Assembly: GCF_003668935.1 (NCBI RefSeq) | Contig: NZ_RAWP01000027.1 | Span: 81,555 to 97,656 of the forward strand | Source: Corallococcus sp. AB032C | GTDB lineage: Bacteria > Myxococcota > Myxococcia > Myxococcales > Myxococcaceae | Direction of reading: 5' to 3' | Length of the DNA stretch: 16,102 bases | Shown here: positions 1-8,020 of the stretch, piece after piece | Layout of the letters: the number at the start of each line of letters is the position of its first letter | Position numbering within the stretch: position 1 is the first letter of the stretch | Notes under the pieces: model-generated | What the model saw: only the letters and a program-made list of their open reading frames with translations | What the model was told of the DNA's origin: nothing | The model's database searches: none | Position numbers and translations under genes: made by a program

Positions 1-692
1 GCAGGCTGCCAGCGCATGCGGCAGTCCCAGCCAATCCGCTGCGCCAGGGTGCGTGCCGCGTCCAGTACCGGCTCCACCTGCTGCAAGTACCGGCCGCGCT
101 GGGACATGGGGTCCACGGGCGTAAAGAGCGCGAAGGAGGCGAGGCCGTTGTCGTCCAGTAGCGCCTGGATGATGGACTGCACGGCCACGCCCACCGTGTC
201 GTTGCCGTATTCGCGCTCCACCTCGATGAAGGTGTCCTGCAGCAGCCCGCCCAAGTCCCGGCCCACGACGCGCAGCTCATCGGGCCCTGCGTCCACCTCG
301 TCGATGCGGCCCCGGAAGACCTCGAAGTAGTCCGCCTCTTTCGGCGCGGTGGCGAGCGGCGCGAGGCCCAGCTCCACGCGGAAGTAGGCGCCCTCCACCA
401 GCAGCGGCGCGAAAGTGCCCGCGTTGGACGTGTTGGCGAGGGACTGCACCACCAGGGGCGAAAGGGAGAGACGTGCTCCAGCGGCGCCGCTGCGCACCAG
501 CGACACCTCCGCTTCGGCCACGGGCGCGTCCAGCTTGTCGTTGACTCGCACGCCCAGCACCCAGTCGAAGCCCAGAAGGACATGCAGGCCGCGCCACTCC
601 CCTGCCGCGTCGCGTACCCAGACGCGCGGGTGGGTGGAGTAGCCGGAAGGGCTGCCCAGCAGGGCCGCCTGGAAGGAAGAGAGGGGCCTCAT
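1..692 (-). CDS. Minor tail protein at the Tal / baseplate-hub position, partial. The N-terminal ~230 aa are present; the C-terminus lies beyond the left edge of the window.
   Basis: I translated the minus-strand frame by hand from the ATG at 692..690 and found no stop down to position 1 (MRPLSSFQAALLGSPSGYSTHPRVWVRDAAGEW...). The ATG sits 3 nt after the stop of the upstream Dit-position gene. The position directly after TMP and Dit is canonical for Tal. The family assignment rests on position only. Confidence 0.45.
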   Translation of the reverse strand, partial: MRPLSSFQAALLGSPSGYSTHPRVWVRDAAGEWRGLHVLLGFDWVLGVRVNDKLDAPVAEAEVSLVRSGAAGARLSLSPLVVQSLANTSNAGTFAPLLVEGAYFRVELGLAPLATAPKEADYFEVFRGRIDEVDAGPDELRVVGRDLGGLLQDTFIEVEREYGNDTVGVAVQSIIQALLDDNGLASFALFTPVDPMSQRGRYLQQVEPVLDAARTLAQRIGWDCRMRWQP

Positions 693-695
693 GCG

Positions 696-1523
696 TCAGC
701 GCTCCTGCAACTCGAAGTCGAACTCCTGCCCGAGGACGAGCACGCCGCCCTCCCACCACTGCACCGCGCGTCCTGTTCCCACCCGGCCCAGCACGGGAAG
801 CGGCTCGTAAAGGGCAGCGCCCGAGGCCCGGTGGTACGGGTACGGCGCGCCGAAGGACTCGCCGGCAGCGAACCAGGGGGCCACCCACGACGCGGGCGCC
901 ACCCACGGCAGCACCACCAGCTCGTCCACCAGCAACTCGCCCGCTGCCGCTGCGTTGCTGAGCGTCACCGCGCCCAAGGGAAGCTGGCCCGTGCCATCCA
1001 CGGCGAGGAAGCCGTCCGCGTGGGGGCTGGCACCCGGCACGCCGTTGACGCTGAGGCCCACGCCCGCGCGGTGGACGTGGTGGCGCCACCTGTCCTTTGT
1101 CCCCTGGCGCTTCCACCAGTACGCCACCGTCCACTTCGCCCCGAGGCCCGTGGAGAAGGTGACCCTCGCTCCCGCCTCTATGAGCATGCACCCGCCGAAG
1201 CGCCCCGTGGCTTCCACCGCCCACACGTTGCCCACCATGCCGCTCGGCGAGAGGAAGGCCTGGCTACGCAGCCCGTCCTCGAAGTTCCACACCTGGCCCT
1301 CGCCCTTGAGGAGCCCCCGGTACGCGCGGGCCTCTTCCTGCGTCAGCGGGCCCGTGTTGCCCCCCAGGGTGAAGACTTCACGCCGCTCGCTGCTGCGCAG
1401 CCAGCCGGAGAAGGCGCGGCGGTGCTCGCCCAGCAGCGTCGGTGTGTACGTGAGGCCTCGCTCCGCTGAAACGGGCAAGGGGATTCCAGAAAGAGCCAGA
1501 GCAGCCGGCATGGGATTCCTCAA
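696..1523 (-). CDS. Minor tail protein at the distal-tail (Dit) position.
   Basis: The track ORF is 275 aa. The likely true start is the ATG near 1511 (MPAALALSG...), preceded by GAGGAA about 6 nt upstream. It lies immediately downstream of the tape measure gene. Size and position fit Dit. There is no diagnostic motif. Confidence 0.45.
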   Translation of the reverse strand: MRNPMPAALALSGIPLPVSAERGLTYTPTLLGEHRRAFSGWLRSSERREVFTLGGNTGPLTQEEARAYRGLLKGEGQVWNFEDGLRSQAFLSPSGMVGNVWAVEATGRFGGCMLIEAGARVTFSTGLGAKWTVAYWWKRQGTKDRWRHHVHRAGVGLSVNGVPGASPHADGFLAVDGTGQLPLGAVTLSNAAAAGELLVDELVVLPWVAPASWVAPWFAAGESFGAPYPYHRASGAALYEPLPVLGRVGTGRAVQWWEGGVLVLGQEFDFELQER

Positions 1524-4198
1524 GAGTCGGAGAAGCGCGCCGTGAGGCGCACGCGGCTGCCAGCAACGCGGATGCTCGCGCGCTGCTGGCGCAGCGACTC
1601 GTCCCGCCGCGTGGCTTCCATGGCGGCGTCGATGTCGTAGCCGGTGATGTTATAGGTGACGGGCGCGGCCATGGCAGAGACGTTGCCCGTCTCCGGCGCA
1701 CGCACCTGACCTCCTCCGCTGAAGCCAGGAGGCAAGTAGCTGCCGAGCCATCCCGGCACCGCAGGCGTCGCGGGCACCTGCCCCGAGAGGAGCTGCTGAA
1801 TGGCGGGCGGGAACATGCCGAGGAGCCATCCCGGCACCGGCCCGTTGGGCGAGGACGGGCCGTCCTCCTCCAGCTCCCCGGCGTCAGGCGCCTCGGGCGT
1901 GGGCTTTGGTTTGGGCGGCACCGTGGGGCCGTCCTGCGTGTCCTCGGACTCGAAGCGGCGCAGCGCCACCTTCCACGCGGCCGGCACGTTGGTGAGAGCC
2001 GCCGTGGCGCGGGCCACCGCTTCCGTGTGCTCCTCCACCTGCGCGGTTTCCTCGGCACGTGCCTTCGCCGAGTCCCACGTCGTGTCCTCCAGCACCTGGA
2101 GGGAGTCGTCCATGCTGTCGGTGTCCACCTTCAGCTTGTTGAGCGAGCGCGCGAACTTCTTCAGCCCGTCAAAGCCCGTCCAGTCGATGAGGCTGGAGAT
2201 GGCACGGATGACGGTTTGCACCGCGCCGATGACGGCATTCCAGACTTCGCTGATGGCCTTCGCGATGGTGAGGACGACGCTGCCAACGAACTTCAGCGCC
2301 GTGAAAAGGGCCTTCATGATGGGCCCGCCCAGGATGCTGAGCGGCTGCTGAATCAGCAGGAAGGTGCGGCCCAGCACCTCGAAGAGGGGCGCCAGGCCCT
2401 TCAGGATGTCGCCCAGCACCACCAGCGGCGGCACCAGCGGTTCAATCGCCTCCCCCAGCATCTCGAAGACGGGCGTGAGGGCAGAGAGGACGCCATCCAC
2501 CACCATCGTCACGGCGTTGAGCAGGGGCTGGAGCGGCTCCAGCAGCGTGCCCAGCGAGTCGGCCACCTTCTGGATGAGCGTGTTGACGGACTCGATGACG
2601 CCCTTGAAGCCCTCGGACTGCATGAGCAGTTCGCCCACCACGGCGATGATGGCGCCGTAGACACCACCCGCCTCCATGCCCTGGACGCCCGCGTTGATGA
2701 GGTCGCCCAGCTGGCCCAGGCCGCCGATGAAGCGGTCCACCAGCGACTCCCTCGCGGCGTCCATGGCGGCTTCCGCTTCAGCGGCGAGGTTCTCCGCCTC
2801 CAGGCGCATCTCGTGGAAGGCAGCGGCGCCAGCGGCCTCCTCCGCGCGGATGCTGGCCAGGTACTCCTTGCGCGACTCCTCGTTGGCCTGGGCCTGGAGC
2901 TTCGCCATGGCGGCCTGCTCCGCCGCCTCCTGCTTCTGGGCGGCCTCCAGGGCGGCCTTGTCCGTGGGCTTGCGGATGCGCGCCTTGCCCTGTGCCCCGC
3001 CCCCACCCGCTAGCTTCGCCAGGAGGGCCTGGATCTGCGACGTGACGCCCTCCAGGTTGAGGGCACGGGCGAGGTCCGCGCCGAGGCGCTTCGCGCCCAC
3101 CGCGCTGGTACGCAGACCGTAGGCGACGCTCTCCTCCAGCTCGCGTCCCGCGCCGGCCACGGCGTCACCCACCGCCACCGCTGTCTGCTGCGCACCGTCC
3201 CAAAGCACCTGGGCGCCCTGCCCCAGCGTCTCCAGCAACTCCCGGCCCGTGACGGTGGACACCTGCCGGAAGGTGGCTGCCAGCTCCGGGAAGCCCGCCT
3301 GTCGTGCCACGGGCTCAAGGAGACGGGAGACGCCACGCACCAGGGCCGCGACGCGGTCCAGGACGGACAGGGCCGCCCCCTTCACGAAGTCGCCCAGCGC
3401 CAGGAAGGCGTGGGAGAAGCCGTCCGCGATGCGGCCTGCCCACTTGGCCAGCTGGTCGCCGATGTCCCGGAAGAAGTCCGCGAGGCCCGTGCTGCTGTCC
3501 TCCCAGGCGGCGTAGACGCTGCCCGCCAACAGCACCAGGGCCGCTACGGCGGCGGCCACCGCAGCGAGCGGCACCAGCAGGCTGCCGGTGGACAGGGCCA
3601 GGCGCCCCAGGCTGCCGGTGACGGATGGCGTACTCGCCACCATGCCGCCCATGGAGGCCGTCACCTTGTCCATGGAGGCCGCCAGGGAGGCCAGGGCCAC
3701 GGACTTGTTGAGCAGGCGCAGCACCTTCACCAGCCCGCCAGCGCCAATGGCCACGGCCTCCACCACGCCCGCCACTTTCCCCAGCGCCCCAGCAGCGAGG
3801 CCCGCCCCAGCGACCCACACCAGCACGTCCGAGGCGGCGGCCTTCACCTCGGGAGACAGGGACTGGAAGCTCGCGACCACGCGCTCGACGCCGTCCGTGA
3901 CGTGCTGCACCACCGGCAGGAAGGCGTCGCCCACGTCCGCCGCCAGCGTGTAGAGGAGTGCTGTCATCCGCTCCGTTTCGCGTTCCATGGCTGCGTTGGA
4001 CTTGGACGCCGCCGCAACGGCACCGGCAATCCCCGCCGCCACCGCCGCGCCAATCTCACCCAGGCCCTTGGATTTCTCCTTCACCTGCTTGGCGGCCTTC
4101 TCGACGGCATCCACCACCTTGCCGAGGTTGGACAGCGCCTCGCCCACAGAGGCCGTCACCGCCACATACAGGTCGCCTACGCGCAGGCCTCCGGCCAT
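1520..4198 (-). CDS. Tail tape measure protein, 892 aa.
   Basis: It is the longest ORF in the module and lies directly after the G/GT chaperone pair. It is Ala/Gly/Leu-rich with long helical and coiled-coil stretches (e.g. AAQKQEAAEQAAMAKLQAQANEESRKEYLASIRAEEAAGAAA), hydrophobic Gly/Ala segments, and a Pro-rich C-terminal region (PTVPPKPKPTPEAP). It starts at the ATG at 4198. Confidence 0.85.
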   Translation of the reverse strand: MAGGLRVGDLYVAVTASVGEALSNLGKVVDAVEKAAKQVKEKSKGLGEIGAAVAAGIAGAVAAASKSNAAMERETERMTALLYTLAADVGDAFLPVVQHVTDGVERVVASFQSLSPEVKAAASDVLVWVAGAGLAAGALGKVAGVVEAVAIGAGGLVKVLRLLNKSVALASLAASMDKVTASMGGMVASTPSVTGSLGRLALSTGSLLVPLAAVAAAVAALVLLAGSVYAAWEDSSTGLADFFRDIGDQLAKWAGRIADGFSHAFLALGDFVKGAALSVLDRVAALVRGVSRLLEPVARQAGFPELAATFRQVSTVTGRELLETLGQGAQVLWDGAQQTAVAVGDAVAGAGRELEESVAYGLRTSAVGAKRLGADLARALNLEGVTSQIQALLAKLAGGGGAQGKARIRKPTDKAALEAAQKQEAAEQAAMAKLQAQANEESRKEYLASIRAEEAAGAAAFHEMRLEAENLAAEAEAAMDAARESLVDRFIGGLGQLGDLINAGVQGMEAGGVYGAIIAVVGELLMQSEGFKGVIESVNTLIQKVADSLGTLLEPLQPLLNAVTMVVDGVLSALTPVFEMLGEAIEPLVPPLVVLGDILKGLAPLFEVLGRTFLLIQQPLSILGGPIMKALFTALKFVGSVVLTIAKAISEVWNAVIGAVQTVIRAISSLIDWTGFDGLKKFARSLNKLKVDTDSMDDSLQVLEDTTWDSAKARAEETAQVEEHTEAVARATAALTNVPAAWKVALRRFESEDTQDGPTVPPKPKPTPEAPDAGELEEDGPSSPNGPVPGWLLGMFPPAIQQLLSGQVPATPAVPGWLGSYLPPGFSGGGQVRAPETGNVSAMAAPVTYNITGYDIDAAMEATRRDESLRQQRASIRVAGSRVRLTARFSDS

Positions 4199-4201
4199 GC
4201 C

Positions 4202-4785
4202 TCACCCCTTTGGACGCTTCCTGAAAACCGTTGTCGTCGTCATCGGGCCGGTATGAGAGGCGGGGCCCGGAGCGCGCATTCCGCGCACCTCCTCGGCCTC
4301 CAGGGCGCAGTGGGCCAGGAGGTGGACGACGTCCTCCCATGCCCAGCTACGCACTTCCTCGGGCGACTGGCCCGTCAGCTTCACCACCGCGTGCAGCGCC
4401 CTCAGCTCGGGGTGGTGCCGGAGTTTCCCTTCGCTTCCTCCAGCGTCGGTCCAGCGAAGGCCCGGGCCAGGTCGTCCTGAATCTCCTCCAGCCAGGGCTC
4501 GCGCTTCACCTGGCCGACCTCCGACTCGTCGAAGACGCGGATGGCGGTGTCCGGGTGGTAGAGGCAGAGGACGGCGATGCGGGCGATCATCGCCATCCCC
4601 GCGAACTCATCCACGGGCTTCCGGTCCGGCCCCAGTTCCTTGGCGGCCTTCGCGGCGGCGAGCAACTCAAGCTTCTCGCCCAGGGGCGGTTGGCAGATGT
4701 CGTAGTCGGCGCCGTCCAGCGCGACGCGCTTGTGCAGCTTGCGGCGGGTGCCGAGGGGCTTTCGGAGCGTGGTGGGTGCGGTCAT
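4202..4785 (-). CDS. Tail assembly chaperone GT fusion, produced by a programmed -1 ribosomal frameshift. The T extension runs about 4202 to 4429.
   Basis: The -1 frame is open from inside the 3' end of G (…GKLRHHPELRALHAVVKLTGQSPEEV… by hand translation) to a stop at 4202, 4 nt before the TMP ATG. The 61-aa track ORF 4202..4387 has its frame offset by exactly -1 relative to G. The slippery heptamer GGGAAAC lies in G's last codons. Confidence 0.55.
4402..4785 (-). CDS. Tail assembly chaperone (gpG-like), 127 aa.
   Basis: A small ORF immediately upstream of TMP with an ATG start. An overlapping -1 frame extends from its 3' end to just before the TMP start, which is the canonical G/GT arrangement. 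Confidence 0.65.
   Translation of the reverse strand: MTAPTTLRKPLGTRRKLHKRVALDGADYDICQPPLGEKLELLAAAKAAKELGPDRKPVDEFAGMAMIARIAVLCLYHPDTAIRVFDESEVGQVKREPWLEEIQDDLARAFAGPTLEEAKGNSGTTPS
4422..4429 (-). other. Candidate -1 programmed frameshift slippery site, G GGA AAC (lambda G-T uses G GGA AAG).
   Basis: On the minus strand the sequence reads ...gcg aag GGG AAA C tcc ggc..., about 8 codons before the G stop. It has X XXY YYZ geometry in the G frame. The plus strand shows gtttccc at about 4422-4428, give or take 1 nt. Confidence 0.5.
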
Positions 4786-4821
4786 GGTGAGGCCTCGGGT
4801 GTGAAGTGGGAAAGCAGGCGG

Positions 4822-5247
4822 CTACACCGCGATGGGCGCGCCCTGGCCGGCAAGGGTGGCTGAGAAGGTGACGACGTCCGTGGAACTGCGGCCCTCCTCG
4901 TAGGACGTCACCTTCACCGGGTAGCGGAAGCCTTGCGTGCCCATGGGGGCCGTCTCGTCCTCCACGATGGTGAAGAAGACGGTGGCGTCGGTCTCGAAGG
5001 CGTCACGCAGCACTTGTTGGGGCGCGCTGCCCTTGAAGACGTGGCCGGAGAGCGGAATGGAGAAGGACTTCCAGGTGCCCTTTGTGCGCTTGTACCCGTC
5101 ACCGCCGAAGTAGTTGGCGTCCACGGTGTCCTTCGCGCGGTTGACGGGCGCCTCCAGCACGCCGTCCAGCGCGTCCGCTTCCACGGGCGCGGTGTCGGTG
5201 GCGCGGATGTAGAGCTTGTCGAAGAAGGCCTCTCGGGGTTCGGGCAT
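4822..5247 (-). CDS. Major tail protein, 141 aa.
   Basis: It is the gene immediately upstream of the G/GT chaperones, which is the invariant position of the major tail subunit in siphoviruses. ATG start. The size is typical of small major tail proteins. The call rests on synteny. Confidence 0.6.
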   Translation of the reverse strand: MPEPREAFFDKLYIRATDTAPVEADALDGVLEAPVNRAKDTVDANYFGGDGYKRTKGTWKSFSIPLSGHVFKGSAPQQVLRDAFETDATVFFTIVEDETAPMGTQGFRYPVKVTSYEEGRSSTDVVTFSATLAGQGAPIAV

Positions 5248-5261
5248 GGTGGTGGTTCCAG

Positions 5262-5663
5262 TCAGTGGGAGGGAAAGCGCTGCGCCAGGAAGTCCTTCAG
5301 GACGGCAGCAACGCGGCGACGAGCGCTGCCCCGAGCGCGACGGAAGGACTTGCGAAGAAAGTGCGGCGGCGGATTGAAAAGCTGCGCGCCCCAGTGCCAG
5401 CCTTCATGAATGGGGCCGGCGGCCGGGTGCACGTAGCCTGCCGTCCACGTCGTGGAGAGGCGCTGGCTCAGGTTGTGGAGGGGGCCGCTCAAGAAGGCGC
5501 TATCGCGCAGGTGGCCCTCGCCCACTGGCACGAGGAAGAGGGAGTAATCCAGCGCGAGGCGGGCAATGTCCCGGCAGGGCGCATCCAGCGCACGCAGCAC
5601 TTTGGCGGGAGAGCGGCGCAGGCGCTCCAGCCTCACCACATCAACTCTGAGTCGGACGGGCAT
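5262..5663 (-). CDS. Protein at the tail-terminator position, 133 aa.
   Basis: It lies between the neck/tail-completion gene and the major tail gene, with an ATG start at 5663. The low-GC insert begins immediately upstream of this start codon. The call rests on synteny. Confidence 0.4.
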   Translation of the reverse strand: MPVRLRVDVVRLERLRRSPAKVLRALDAPCRDIARLALDYSLFLVPVGEGHLRDSAFLSGPLHNLSQRLSTTWTAGYVHPAAGPIHEGWHWGAQLFNPPPHFLRKSFRRARGSARRRVAAVLKDFLAQRFPSH

Positions 5664-5741
5664 CTACTACTTCTATGGGGGTGCTCTCCGCAACTGGCGC
5701 ATCAGTGAGCCCCAAGCAACAAGGCAGCTTTAACTTCCCGT

Positions 5742-5747
5742 TATAAT
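5742..5747 (+). promoter_or_regulatory. Candidate -10 element (perfect TATAAT) for the KAP NTPase gene.
   Basis: The sequence cccgtTATAATggggg lies about 45 nt upstream of the KAP ATG. No good -35 element is present (the best 17-nt-spaced hexamer matches 1 of 6 positions). No Shine-Dalgarno sequence precedes the ATG (…gactgaccacaaATG). Confidence 0.35.
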
Positions 5748-5790
5748 GGGGGTGTACGAGCGGACACTGAACCTACGAGACTGACCACAA

Positions 5791-7992
5791 ATGCCAACCT
5801 CACACCCCTACTCACCTGATCACCCAATTACAAGTCACAAAGAAGACAAACTAAATCGTTCTCCCTTCGCCCAGCGAATAGCGGACACCATTGCCGAAAG
5901 GCTCGATCCAAGCCCGCTGGTCATTGGACTAAACGGCGTCTGGGGTGACGGAAAAACATCGACGCTCCAACTGATCGAAGAACGCCTCTCAACAAGAGGC
6001 GATGTAATCTGCGTCAAATTCAACCCCTGGTATTTCGAAAATGAGGAAAAGCTTCTTCGAGGCTTTTTCTCCAACCTCTCAACGGCTCTCGGCAAGTCAC
6101 TCAGCACCCGGAAAGAGGCCGCAGGAGAAATCATAAGCAAGTACAGCTGGATATTATCGTTCGCATCAACAACACTGACGCTAGACAAGGACACATCAAT
6201 ACAGTCAAATCCCGGAGAAGCAGCCAAGCAACTAGGCCAGCAACTGTCCACAGTGGAACTACCGGCGCTAAGAAGCAGACTGGAGTCAATCCTTCGTGAA
6301 GAAGGGAAACGGATTGTCGTCTTCATCGACGACATCGATCGCCTCGATCGCAGCGAAATCCAGTCAATCTTCAGACTCGTCAAGCTCTCGGCCGGGTTTG
6401 AAAGAACAACATACCTTCTCGCATTCGATGAAGCCATCGTCTCGGCTTCGCTTGGAGAAAGATACGCCCAAGGCGGAGCACAAGCCGGCCGCGACTTCCT
6501 CGACAAGATAATTCAAGTCCCACTTCGACTCCCACCAGCAGACAAGCTCTCACTGAGGGATATCATTTTCTCGGGGATCAATGAAGCAATTGAATTGGCA
6601 GGAATAGAAGACATCAAGGACGAAGATATCCAATCCTTCCATATCGCTTTTCGTGAAGGACTTGAGCCCCACATTACAACCCCCCGCAAAGCAAACTTAT
6701 TCAAGAACACACTGTCCTTCGCCCTCCCTATACTTAAAGGCGAAGTACATCCGATCGATCAAATATTAATCGAAGGCATCCGCATCTTCCTTCCAGGCCT
6801 CTATTCAGCAATCCTAGAAAACGAAAGCTCTTTCCTCGACAGTTCAGAGCGGCGCTCCAGGGAAGACGCACACAAGAAGCGCCTGCTTGAGATCATCAAC
6901 AATGCACTCCCATCAATAAACGAAGCAGGTCGCGAAAAGATAAGGCGTGGCCTCTTGGAAAGAATTTTCCCCCAACTTCAATCGGTTTTCGGCAACATCT
7001 TCTGGGGAGACAGCAGGCAAGATGCCTGGGAAAAAGAGCAGCGGATATGCTCTCGGCAGTACTTTCATCGATACTTCTCATACGCAATTCCAAGTGGAGA
7101 CGTGTCAGACAGATTCATATCAAATATCATAAAAATTGCAGGAAAACAGCCGGCCGACACCATAAGCAAGTCCATGCTTGAACTGGGCGCCCGAGGAGCC
7201 GACCGCCTAATTGACAAGCTAAACTCAGTCGTAGACGAACTGGACGAAGTCGAAGCCCTAAATATCGCAGAGGCGGTCGCCCAATGTGGATCCGTGTTGG
7301 CCAGCCAAAACACAGCCCACCATCCGCTCTCCACTGCCTCGCAAGCCGGGATTCTTGTCTACAACCTCCTAAAGAAATCCCCCAATGGCAACCGACGAAA
7401 GATCGCAGCCCAAAAAGTATTGCGAACCGCAGAGCCAATCATATTTGCGGTCGAATGCTTTCGATGGATAAGCCACAACAGCGAAACGCCTCTGGAAGAT
7501 CGAATTCTTGATGACGCCGGACTATCCGAATCCGGCAAGATTGTCGCAGAACGAATAAGCAACGAGGCCAAGGGCGATAAACTTTGGATAAAATACCCAA
7601 ACCATACGGGCTCGCTCTTCTTCTTCTGGAAGACCTACGGAAATCCCGAAGAGCCAACGCTACACCTGCGAGAACACTTCAAGGCAGACCACAAAAGAGC
7701 CACCGAGTTTATTCAGGCCTATATGCCAACAGCATTTCTGATCATGTCCGGAATACTAAGAAAATCAGAACTCAACCTGAATGCCTATAAATCCATCAAG
7801 AGCGTCTTTGACCCGGACGAACTAATCTATTTCCTTAAAATGACGCACGGGGCTGATATCGATCACTCCTCCACATCAAGAGCATCCGAGTCTCCAGAAA
7901 GGAGTGCTGCAGTTCAATTCGTCCGTATTCACAAAGCAGCGGCCACAGGTGCCGAAGACAACGACGAGGACGCAGATGAGACTGAAACTTGA
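5791..7992 (+). CDS. KAP-family P-loop NTPase (PifA-like NTPase), 733 aa, carried on a low-GC moron in the orientation opposite to the phage operon.
   Basis: It carries the diagnostic N-terminal KAP signature: D-K-L-N-R-x-P-F-A-x-R-I-A-D-T-I, followed by the P-loop GLNGVWGDGKTS (the G-x-W-G-x-GK-S/T form typical of KAP). The segment VKFNPWYFENEEKLL matches the KAP 'FNAW-Y' pattern. The Walker B motif RIVVFIDDIDRLDRSEI matches the KAP hhhhDDhDR form. The C-terminal ~380 aa have no motif I recognise and end in an acidic tail (AEDNDEDADETET). Codon usage is AT-rich (ata, tta, aaa, gaa), unlike the flanks. Confidence 0.88.
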   Translation: MPTSHPYSPDHPITSHKEDKLNRSPFAQRIADTIAERLDPSPLVIGLNGVWGDGKTSTLQLIEERLSTRGDVICVKFNPWYFENEEKLLRGFFSNLSTALGKSLSTRKEAAGEIISKYSWILSFASTTLTLDKDTSIQSNPGEAAKQLGQQLSTVELPALRSRLESILREEGKRIVVFIDDIDRLDRSEIQSIFRLVKLSAGFERTTYLLAFDEAIVSASLGERYAQGGAQAGRDFLDKIIQVPLRLPPADKLSLRDIIFSGINEAIELAGIEDIKDEDIQSFHIAFREGLEPHITTPRKANLFKNTLSFALPILKGEVHPIDQILIEGIRIFLPGLYSAILENESSFLDSSERRSREDAHKKRLLEIINNALPSINEAGREKIRRGLLERIFPQLQSVFGNIFWGDSRQDAWEKEQRICSRQYFHRYFSYAIPSGDVSDRFISNIIKIAGKQPADTISKSMLELGARGADRLIDKLNSVVDELDEVEALNIAEAVAQCGSVLASQNTAHHPLSTASQAGILVYNLLKKSPNGNRRKIAAQKVLRTAEPIIFAVECFRWISHNSETPLEDRILDDAGLSESGKIVAERISNEAKGDKLWIKYPNHTGSLFFFWKTYGNPEEPTLHLREHFKADHKRATEFIQAYMPTAFLIMSGILRKSELNLNAYKSIKSVFDPDELIYFLKMTHGADIDHSSTSRASESPERSAAVQFVRIHKAAATGAEDNDEDADETET

Positions 7993-8020
7993 GGGCCATG
8001 TAAATCCAATCCACAAATGC

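Noticed and set aside
277-1469. A 315-aa minus-strand ORF and a 295-aa plus-strand ORF overlapping the Dit/Tal-position genes.
   Set aside because: They are alternative or antisense frames with Arg/Gly/Pro-rich translations. The coupled in-frame genes (stop at 696, ATG at 692) explain the region.
2027-4480. Plus-strand ORFs (328 aa, 356 aa and others) antisense to the tape measure gene.
   Set aside because: They are nested entirely inside a gene with strong positional and compositional support. They are Arg/His/Gly-rich artefact frames with no independent start or RBS support.
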